A stretch of DNA of 64,000 bases from Thermodesulfobacteriota bacterium (GTDB lineage Bacteria > Desulfobacterota > Desulfobacteria > Desulfobacterales > C00003060). The notes below the pieces were generated by a model. That model had not been told where the DNA came from. It was given only the letters and a program-made list of their open reading frames with translations, and ran no database searches. This document shows positions 20,364 to 27,435 of the stretch, one piece after another. The first letter of the stretch is position 1; each line of letters starts with the position of its first letter. The position numbers and the translations under genes are program-made. The stretch spans positions 192,001-256,000 of the forward strand of contig JAXHVD010000001.1 in NCBI GenBank assembly GCA_034189385.1, written 5' to 3'.

Positions 20364-21008
20364 ATGAAGAGGACCATTTCCACACTTGTAGTTATCCTTT
20401 TTTTGGCGACCCTGTTCGCCTGTGCAGGACAGACAAAACAGCAACGAGGCACAGGTACCGGGGTAGCTATTGGGGCAGGACTTGGCGCAGCTCTTGGACA
20501 GGCCATCGGGAAAGACACTGAAGCCACCCTCCTTGGGGCAGGCATTGGTGCTGTTCTTGGAGGAATCGCGGGCAATCAGATCGGCGCTTACATGGACAGA
20601 CAGGAACAGGCACTGAGAGACGCCGTGGCCGCCTCTGACGCCGTAAGTATCCAGAGAACACAGGACGTGCTGACGGCCACGTTCAAAGGAGATGTGTTTT
20701 TCGACTTTGACTCTGCCACCCTGAAGCCTGGGGCCTATACCGAGATAGACAGGGTCTCCACCGTGTTGAACAGTTATCCACAGACGACCATCAGGGTTGA
20801 GGGGCATACGGACTCAACGGGCTCCGAAACCTACAATCAACAATTGTCGGAAAGACGGGCAGAGTCGGTAAAGAATGCCATCATCCAGAAGGGGATAGAC
20901 CCAAGAAGGATGCAGGCCATTGGCTATGGTGAGTCCCAGCCCATATCTTCAGACAACGCCATGAACAGAAGGGTGAGCGTCGTCATCACGCCCATCAGGC
21001 AAGGATAG
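20364..21008 (+). CDS. OmpA family lipoprotein with glycine zipper
   Basis: Lipobox LFAC, GxxxG zipper, VEGHTDSTG, LSERRAESV, NRRV. Confidence 0.93.
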   Translation: MKRTISTLVVILFLATLFACAGQTKQQRGTGTGVAIGAGLGAALGQAIGKDTEATLLGAGIGAVLGGIAGNQIGAYMDRQEQALRDAVAASDAVSIQRTQDVLTATFKGDVFFDFDSATLKPGAYTEIDRVSTVLNSYPQTTIRVEGHTDSTGSETYNQQLSERRAESVKNAIIQKGIDPRRMQAIGYGESQPISSDNAMNRRVSVVITPIRQG

Positions 21009-21066
21009 GTGGAGTAAAACTCTCTGCCGCGGCTGATCAAACACGTGGTATTTGTGAACATTGAGC

Positions 21067-21726
21067 ATGCACTTTCAAGCTGTCATCTTCGATCTGGATG
21101 GAACACTCCTTGATACCCTTGATGACATCGCCAACTCGGCAAATAGCGTGCTGCGTCGCCACGGTTTCCCCACCCACGAGGCAGATGCCTATCGAGACTT
21201 CGTCGGTGACGGCGTCACCATGCTCATGTCCCGGGCACTGCCTGTAGAAGAGCGAAGCGATAGCCTGATAGCAGGCTGTGCCGACGGTTTTCGCGAGGCC
21301 TACCTGCGTACCTGGAACGTGAATACAAGGCCATACGCGGGAATCCCGGAACTCTTGGCTGCCCTTTCCGCCAGGGATGTGAAGATGGCCGTGCTTTCCA
21401 ATAAGCCCGACGATTTCACAAAACTCTGTGTTCACGAATTTCTGGGTGACTGGTCCTTTGAGATGATACTGGGCCTCCGCCATGGAGTGCCCCAAAAGCC
21501 CAACCCAACCGGGGCCCTTGAGATAGCCGAACATCTGGCCATGACACCGGCTCGGATGCTCTGTTTGGGGGACAGCGCCGTGGACATGAAGACGGCCGTC
21601 ACTGCCGGCATGTTTCCAGTGGGAGCCTTGTGGGGGTTTCGGCCCCTGGAAGAGCTACTGGAAAACGGGGCCCAGGCCGTCATCAAAGAGCCCATGGAGC
21701 TTCTGGACCATTTGGACGAGCCGTAA
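21067..21726 (+). CDS. HAD family hydrolase (phosphoglycolate phosphatase-like)
   Basis: FDLDGTLLD, LSNK, KPNP, GDSAVD. Confidence 0.92.
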   Translation: MHFQAVIFDLDGTLLDTLDDIANSANSVLRRHGFPTHEADAYRDFVGDGVTMLMSRALPVEERSDSLIAGCADGFREAYLRTWNVNTRPYAGIPELLAALSARDVKMAVLSNKPDDFTKLCVHEFLGDWSFEMILGLRHGVPQKPNPTGALEIAEHLAMTPARMLCLGDSAVDMKTAVTAGMFPVGALWGFRPLEELLENGAQAVIKEPMELLDHLDEP

Positions 21727-21744
21727 CGCGCCGCAGCCCGTCGC

Positions 21745-21781
21745 AAAAGTGGAGGGGGCCCAAAGGGCCCCCCATTTTTTT
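21745..21781. terminator. Intrinsic terminator between convergent genes
   Basis: GGGGGCCC-AAA-GGGCCCCC stem with T-run on the right and A-run on the left. Confidence 0.75.
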
Positions 21782-21817
21782 CTATTGTGGCCATACTGGC
21801 TGTTAGTTGCAGCTTCC

Positions 21818-22057
21818 TCAACCGTTGTTCGTTGGAGTCAGCATGCCCCAAAGCCAACTCGGTATTGTGGGATACCTGCCCATGACCGTGTATGGGTCAA
21901 AGGGGTTTGCCAGAACCATGTAGCCACAGCCACCGCCTAAGACTGCCGTGCCGTCAGGCAGGTTGCCGGGGTCCGGGCAACCGCCGAATACGCCTGCCAT
22001 GTCCTTGTCGTCCAGTTCCTTTGCCATTTCCAGGTCTCTGATTTCGATGGTTGTCAT
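21818..22057 (-). CDS. 79-aa peptide with double-glycine-type leader (RiPP/bacteriocin-like precursor)
   Basis: AAGGAG RBS; MTTIEIRDLEMAKELDDKDMAGVFGG then a Cys/Pro/Gly-rich core. Confidence 0.75.
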   Translation of the reverse strand: MTTIEIRDLEMAKELDDKDMAGVFGGCPDPGNLPDGTAVLGGGCGYMVLANPFDPYTVMGRYPTIPSWLWGMLTPTNNG

Positions 22058-22112
22058 TTTCTCTCTCCTTTTATTAGATTTTTTTGTCTGAGTATGTTTG
22101 CTTAGTCCTATC

Positions 22113-22128
22113 TGCAGCCCCCATGCCA
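22113..22128 (-). promoter_or_regulatory. Putative sigma54 (-24/-12) promoter
   Basis: TGGCATGGGGGCTGCA matches TGGCAC-G-N4-TTGCW with exact GG/GC spacing, 55 nt upstream of ATG 22057. Confidence 0.65.
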
Positions 22129-22311
22129 ACAGGGAGATGGCTCGCGAAGGTTTCTTGTAACGTTGCGCAATTAATGCGAAAAAACAGAATACTCCTATTT
22201 CGCCGGTCTTCATCCCGTCTGTCCCCTCTGGATGGTTGTTGTCTGTGACCGAACATAGTCAAGGCAGGATGTTTGTTTCTAATGAACGTCTGAAAGCTGG
22301 AGATTGAGAAC

Positions 22312-22342
22312 AAAAAAAGCCCCATCTCGAAAAGATGGGGCT
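22312..22342 (-). terminator. Intrinsic terminator of the ABC transporter operon
   Basis: 10-bp stem AGCCCCATCT/AGATGGGGCT followed by a U-run on the minus strand. Confidence 0.8.
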
Positions 22343-22391
22343 CCTTTTTCTCCAAGTGGTCAGGTAGCCGTATCTGTAGCCACCGTCGGTG

Positions 22392-23543
22392 CTATTTTTT
22401 TACTAGGCGGAACTTTCCTTTTTCCACCTTGATGAGTATCACATCAGCCAAGGACAGACCGTTGTGGTCCGACGGTGACATATTGTAGACACCGCTTAAC
22501 CCCACATAGCCCTTTGTGTTTTCAATGGCGTCCCGAATAGCAGACCGATCGTCTCCGGCCTTTTTCAGGGCCTCCACCACGATATAGGCCGCATCGGCTC
22601 CATAAGAGACCATGACGCCTGGCTCCTTGTACGCCTTGGTGTACTCAGGCACAAATTGGGCTATCAGGGCCTTTTGGGGGTCAGTGTCGGCCAGTTCGTC
22701 CGCCACATAGATCTTCGTGGCGGGCATCATGACACCTTCTGCTGCTGAACCGGCGATTTCGATGAACTGATAATTGGCCTCACCATGACACTGGAAAAGG
22801 GGAACCTTGAAATCGAGCTCCTGCATGTTTTTTGCGACCATGGGACCGGCCGGCCCAATGGTCCAGCACAGGATGGCCTGAGGCTTCTTGGCCCGCAGAT
22901 TTACAAGCTGCGGTTTCATATCCACATCCTTACCCCCAAAACTTTCAATGCCCACCATATTAAGACCATATTCAGGGGCAAGCTTCTCCGCGTTTTTCAG
23001 GCCGTCTTTTCCAAACCCGCCCTGGATATACATGAAGCCGATATTCTTCAACCCATGATCACGCATATAGGTAAAGACCCGACCCATGGCGTGACTGGCA
23101 CGATAGGGTGATTTGAAGGCCCAGTGTGTAGGTGGTTTGTCTACAATGACGTCGCTTCCGCAATGCATGAAGGCCGGCACCTTGGCCGAATCAAGGTACG
23201 GCTTAATGGCCATGCCCACGCCCGTTCTTACAGGTCCGATGATGACACTCACCTTTTCTTGCTCTACCAGTCGCTTTGCCGCGAGCAATCCCTTGGTGGG
23301 GTCCCCTTCTGTATCAGCTTGAATGAAGTCAATCTTCCGACCGTTCACGCCCCCTGCCGCGTTCACCTTATCAAAGACAAACTGGCAACTGTTTTTCTGA
23401 TCGATGCCGATGTGCGCCCAGGGACCGGAAAGGGCGAACAGGCCGCCAACCTTCATGGGCTCTGCCGCCATACTCGAACTACTTATGGCAGAAAGCCCTG
23501 CAACGAAGAATAGAGCTACCAACATCCTGATCACACGATTCAT
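22392..23543 (-). CDS. ABC transporter substrate-binding protein (LivK/HAAT family)
   Basis: Signal peptide, KVGGLFALSG, NAAGGVNGRKI, DTEGDP, YVGLSGVYNMSPSDH. Confidence 0.9.
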   Translation of the reverse strand: MNRVIRMLVALFFVAGLSAISSSSMAAEPMKVGGLFALSGPWAHIGIDQKNSCQFVFDKVNAAGGVNGRKIDFIQADTEGDPTKGLLAAKRLVEQEKVSVIIGPVRTGVGMAIKPYLDSAKVPAFMHCGSDVIVDKPPTHWAFKSPYRASHAMGRVFTYMRDHGLKNIGFMYIQGGFGKDGLKNAEKLAPEYGLNMVGIESFGGKDVDMKPQLVNLRAKKPQAILCWTIGPAGPMVAKNMQELDFKVPLFQCHGEANYQFIEIAGSAAEGVMMPATKIYVADELADTDPQKALIAQFVPEYTKAYKEPGVMVSYGADAAYIVVEALKKAGDDRSAIRDAIENTKGYVGLSGVYNMSPSDHNGLSLADVILIKVEKGKFRLVKK

Positions 23544-23642
23544 GACTTCCTCCTTTTCTTGTTCTCTCTTTACTCCTCTTTGCCCAACTTCTCATTCAGT
23601 TTAAGACCCCAACCTCACCTCCTTGTTATAGAAATACATATT

Positions 23643-23764
23643 CACCGCAAAGGCGCAAAGAGCGCAAAGTCTTTTTGTCTTTTCCGCTGAGACGCGGAAA
23701 AACAAAAAAGCCGGATTTCTTTGCGTCCTTTGCGTCTCAAGCGAGTGAATGCGAGCGGGCGGTG
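23643..23764. repeat. Palindromic intergenic repeat (CGCAAAG-type)
   Basis: CACCGCAAAGGCGCAAAGAGCGCAAAG ... CTTTGCGTCCTTTGCGTC...GCGGTG inverted arms. Confidence 0.7.
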
Positions 23765-23810
23765 CATGTCTAAATATCAATGAACTCCTTAGTCAATCCT
23801 AAAACCCCTT

Positions 23811-24563
23811 TCAATCATCTCCCAAATAGGCGGCTATGACCCTATCATCGTTTTGGATATCGAAAGGCGTGCCTTGGGCCAGTTTCTCGCCATAATTCAG
23901 CACGACGATCTTATCAGAAACCTGCATAACAAAATTCATGTCATGCTCCACCAGCACAATGGTGATGCCTGATTCCTTCAGTTTGACGATGAGCTCCGCC
24001 ATGTCGGCTGTTTCAGAAGTGTTCAGCCCGGAGACCGGTTCATCCAGAAGGATCATCTTGGGGCGACTAATAAGGGCCCTTGCCAACTCCAATCGCTTCT
24101 GGTCCCCGTAAGGAAGGGCAGCACCCGGCTGATGCTCTCTGCCAGCCAGATTGACCCATTTGAGCATCTCCGCGGCCCTCTGCCGAACCTGCCTCTCCTC
24201 GCGCCTCACTTTCCAGGACCGGGCCAGACAGGCCACAAACCGGGCAGATGTGCACGAGTGAAACCCCACCATGACATTTTCCAGCGCTGTCATGTTGTGA
24301 AAGACCTGCAGGTTCTGAAAGGTCCGGGTGATTCCCAAGTACGCTACCTCGTGGGGTGGCATGCCAGTGATCCTTTTCCCATCGAAAAGGACCTCCCCTG
24401 AACTTCCAAGGTAAACACCGCTAATGATATTTAGAAGTGTGGTCTTTCCTGCCCCATTGGGACCGATAATGGCAGTAAGACTTGCCGGGTCTGCATGAAA
24501 AGAGACATTCATCAGGGCCATGATCCCGCCAAAGGATTTGCAAAGTTCAACCACTTCCAACAT
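23811..24563 (-). CDS. ABC transporter ATP-binding protein (LivG-like)
   Basis: GPNGAGKTT, RTFQNL, LPYGDQKRLE, LLDEP, VEHDM, AYLG. Confidence 0.93.
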   Translation of the reverse strand: MLEVVELCKSFGGIMALMNVSFHADPASLTAIIGPNGAGKTTLLNIISGVYLGSSGEVLFDGKRITGMPPHEVAYLGITRTFQNLQVFHNMTALENVMVGFHSCTSARFVACLARSWKVRREERQVRQRAAEMLKWVNLAGREHQPGAALPYGDQKRLELARALISRPKMILLDEPVSGLNTSETADMAELIVKLKESGITIVLVEHDMNFVMQVSDKIVVLNYGEKLAQGTPFDIQNDDRVIAAYLGDD

Positions 24564-24646
24564 GGCGTCAACCTCTCTCTTCCGTCCCGAGGGATTCCCT
24601 TTTACCGTAACACTTCATGGCTTTCAGAAAACGAACCTTTTGCCCT

Positions 24647-25693
24647 TTATAGCGTGTTACCCCCGAAAGGCGACTCCAATTCCTCACCTAAGATCACGTT
24701 GGGGGATCTCTTTTTCCGGATGAGATGTAAGATGCCAGGGATAAACCCTTCCGGGAAAAAGATCATGACAACCATGAGAATGAGCCCCATGGCCACTACG
24801 TTGAACTTTTCCATAATATGAAGGAACTCCGAAAGCAGGGTCAGCATGACAGCGCCAAACAAAGAGCCCCAAACGCTACCCAACCCTCCCACAATTACCA
24901 TGATCACCACCTGGATGGAATAAACGATGTCGCAGGACTTGGGCGTGATCACGGTAATATAGTGGGCATACAGACTCCCTGCAAGGGAGGCAAACATGGC
25001 ACTGAGGACAAAGACCTTCACCTTGTATCTATGGGTGTTGATACCCAGCGTGTTGGCTGCCACCTCGCTTCCGTGGATGGCCCTGAGGGCCCTTCCCACC
25101 CGCGAGTCCACCAGGCTGAGAGAAGCCAGCAGTGCCACCAGGCTTAAGCCCCATATGAGAAAGTAGAATTTCAGGTCAGAGTCGAATCGGAGTCCACCCA
25201 CTGTCAGGTGGGGAATGCCGGCCATCCCATTGGCCCCACCTGTCACAGAATCCCACTCTACAAGGACTATTTCAAAAATGATGTTCAGGCCCAACGTGGC
25301 CATGACCAGATAGTTCCCCTTTAATCTCAAGGTGGGAATTCCGATCAAGTATGCCACAGCCCCCGTAAGCAGCATGGCCAGAAGAATGATGAACCAAGAT
25401 AGAGACCATTGAGGAAACCAGGATAGGGACCAGGGGCACAGGTCCATGTTGGTGGTGAGTACGGCCGACACATAGGCGCCCATGCCATAGAAGGCGGCGT
25501 GTCCCATGGAGATCTGCCCTGCATAGCCGACCAGAAGATTGAGCCCTACCACCACCATGGTATTAAGACCGATCACATTGAGAACGAGAAGGTAATAACT
25601 CGTCTCTATGAACAGGGGCAATATGGCAATGGCCAGGGCCAGAACCATCAGGTAGAGGAGATGGTGATGCTTCTTGAGGTCGGAAGATTCCAC
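24647..25693 (-). CDS. ABC transporter permease (LivM-like)
   Basis: GYAGQISMGHAAFYGMGAY, RLKGNYLVMATL, SRVGRALRAI. Confidence 0.92.
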   Translation of the reverse strand: MESSDLKKHHHLLYLMVLALAIAILPLFIETSYYLLVLNVIGLNTMVVVGLNLLVGYAGQISMGHAAFYGMGAYVSAVLTTNMDLCPWSLSWFPQWSLSWFIILLAMLLTGAVAYLIGIPTLRLKGNYLVMATLGLNIIFEIVLVEWDSVTGGANGMAGIPHLTVGGLRFDSDLKFYFLIWGLSLVALLASLSLVDSRVGRALRAIHGSEVAANTLGINTHRYKVKVFVLSAMFASLAGSLYAHYITVITPKSCDIVYSIQVVIMVIVGGLGSVWGSLFGAVMLTLLSEFLHIMEKFNVVAMGLILMVVMIFFPEGFIPGILHLIRKKRSPNVILGEELESPFGGNTL

Positions 25694-26577
25694 TAGATCC
25701 TTTCTGCCTCTGGCGATCCCAGAAGGCCACTAGGGCGAACAAAGAGGACCAGCAACAGGATGATGAAGGCTATGGCATTCTTATATGCTGATGAGATCAA
25801 TCCCGTGGCCAAGGATTCAATGACGCCGAGCAGCAATCCGCCCAAGATCGCGCCAGGCATGCTGCCATAACCGCCAAGCACGGCAGCGGAAAAGCCCTTC
25901 AGGCCCAACATGAATCCTACATCATAAGAAGTCGTGGTTATGGGTGCGATAATAATCCCTGCCACGGCTCCTAAGGCCCCGCTCATGGCAAAAGAGAGAA
26001 GGGTCATGCGGTTGACACAGATGCCTGACAGGGCCGCAGCCCGTTGATTGCAGGAGACAGCCCTCATGGCCTTGCCTGTGACGCTCTTTTTAAAAAAGAA
26101 GTACAAGGCGATGACAACAAACAGGGTGATCGCGAAAATCCACAGGTTTTGAGACACGATGGTTGCCTTTAGAAGATGGATCGGCTCATTTCCAGAGAAA
26201 GGGGGGAGGACAAAGGGATCTGATCCCCATATGATTAAAGCCAATCCCTTAACAGAAATGGAGGCACCAATGGTGATAAAGATCAGGACCAGGATCTGTT
26301 GGGACCTGGCTGTTCGGATGGCTGATCTCTCAAAGAGGGCACCTATCAAAGTGACTGTGGTGATGGCCAGAGGAATCGAGATGGCCAGGGGGACCCCTAT
26401 GAAGGCGTAGAAGGTGACGGTGATCATCCCTCCCAGGGTAATGAACTCGCACTGGAGCAGATTCATGATGCCGCTGGCATTGTGAACCACACCAAAGCCT
26501 ATGGCAATGAGCCCATAGATGCTCCCCGTGGTGAGACCGGAAAAGAGAAATTGTGAAAGGTTGTCCAATAGAATCAT
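25693..26577 (-). CDS. ABC transporter permease (LivH-like)
   Basis: GSIYGLIAIGF, GKAMRAVS, LKGFSAAVLGG, RPSGLLG. Confidence 0.92.
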   Translation of the reverse strand: MILLDNLSQFLFSGLTTGSIYGLIAIGFGVVHNASGIMNLLQCEFITLGGMITVTFYAFIGVPLAISIPLAITTVTLIGALFERSAIRTARSQQILVLIFITIGASISVKGLALIIWGSDPFVLPPFSGNEPIHLLKATIVSQNLWIFAITLFVVIALYFFFKKSVTGKAMRAVSCNQRAAALSGICVNRMTLLSFAMSGALGAVAGIIIAPITTTSYDVGFMLGLKGFSAAVLGGYGSMPGAILGGLLLGVIESLATGLISSAYKNAIAFIILLLVLFVRPSGLLGSPEAERI

Positions 26578-26580
26578 GGC

Positions 26581-26619
26581 AAAAAAAAGCCGCAGGTTTC
26601 AAGGAACTGACCGCGGCTT
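26581..26619 (-). terminator. Attenuator terminator immediately upstream of the permease start codon
   Basis: AAGCCGCGG...CCTGCGGCTT stem with U8 tail ending 3 nt before ATG 26577. Confidence 0.85.
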
Positions 26620-26642
26620 CACTCCGTTCATGTCTTTAAGAT

Positions 26643-26741
26643 CTAGCGCTCGCTGCGGACAGACCCCTCCTTTGTGCTCTGCCACCACCAGCACCAAGGG
26701 CTAAAAAAACCGATGAAACATATGCGGATCTGTCGCCCCAT
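26643..26741 (-). CDS. Trp-rich attenuation leader peptide (32 aa)
   Basis: MGRQIRICFIGFFSPWCWWWQSTKEGSVRSER*; lies between a promoter and an intrinsic terminator. Confidence 0.75.
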   Translation of the reverse strand: MGRQIRICFIGFFSPWCWWWQSTKEGSVRSER

Positions 26742-26751
26742 AGCGAAAAAG

Positions 26752-26780
26752 TCTTTAACAGAACGAGAGGCCTCTGTCAA
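26752..26780 (-). promoter_or_regulatory. Putative sigma70 promoter of the leader/ABC operon
   Basis: TTGACA-17nt-TAAAGA with extended TG; leader ATG 10 nt downstream, suggesting a near-leaderless mRNA. Confidence 0.6.
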
Positions 26781-26912
26781 GTTGCGAGGCCCTTATTTTG
26801 TTCCAGAAGACCCCGTCCTCTCTCCTTGTGGGAAAAGACCCATCTGTGATATATGGCTCAGAAAAAGATTATACAAGAATACGCCGATGCACTTAGCTCC
26901 TGGACTCACGTT

Positions 26913-27018
26913 TTGAACCGCATAAGCGAGCGCATTCTCCACAGGAGAGCTACCGCAGCCCCCGTAGGTTCTGCCCGTTGGCAGTGCTAGCGCGGCGCGG
27001 GCCGCGGGGAATGTTCAA
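26913..27018 (+). repeat. Palindromic dispersed element, copy B
   Basis: TTGAACCGCATAAGCGAGCGCATTCTCC...CCCCGTAGGTTCTGCCCGTTGGCAGTGCTAGCGCGG...GCGGGGAATGTTCAA. Confidence 0.85.
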
Positions 27019-27062
27019 TTCCGGACATGAACCGTTGGCAGATCGTGATAAGATTCTGGAAA

Positions 27063-27143
27063 CGTCATTCCGGCGAAGGCCGGAATCCAGTTTCTTTTCA
27101 AAGCGTTTGGCACTCTGGATGTCGGATCAAGTCCGGCATGACG
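27063..27143. repeat. REP-like palindromic repeat (GTCATTCCGG...CCGGCATGAC type)
   Basis: CGTCATTCCGGCGAAGGCCGGAATCCAG ... CTGGATGTCGGATCAAGTCCGGCATGACG nested inverted repeats. Confidence 0.75.
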
Positions 27144-27249
27144 AAAGAAATTTGAGCTCTGCAGTCTTCTGCAATTGTTTCTTTGATTGGACGAAGACGA
27201 TTGGGAACAAGACGCATAAGCATTTACAGAGAATCTCTTGGAGGCTCAT

Positions 27250-27435
27250 ATGAGAGCGCTTGACGAACAGGTTTTAAAGGTGACCAAAGAGATGGTGGCC
27301 AAGTTCATAGAGGTAGGCCGTGTCTCTCCCACCTCCTTTGACGAGACTTTCAAGAGTGTCTACAGGAGTGTGAAGGAGGCGATCCTGGGCAACAGCGAAC
27401 CCCTGCCGGAAAAGGGCGATGAAGAAGAGCCCTAG
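27250..27435 (+). CDS. Small conserved hypothetical protein
   Basis: GGAGG RBS; QVLKVTKEMVAKFIEVGRVSPTSF resembles a small family seen in sulfate reducers. Confidence 0.75.
   Translation: MRALDEQVLKVTKEMVAKFIEVGRVSPTSFDETFKSVYRSVKEAILGNSEPLPEKGDEEEP

Noticed and set aside
26702..26722. Alternative Phe-rich minigene MFHRFF* in the attenuator
   Set aside because: No RBS and not at the predicted 5' end; its stop is too far from the antiterminator. The Trp-rich frame fits the geometry better, though a role cannot be excluded.
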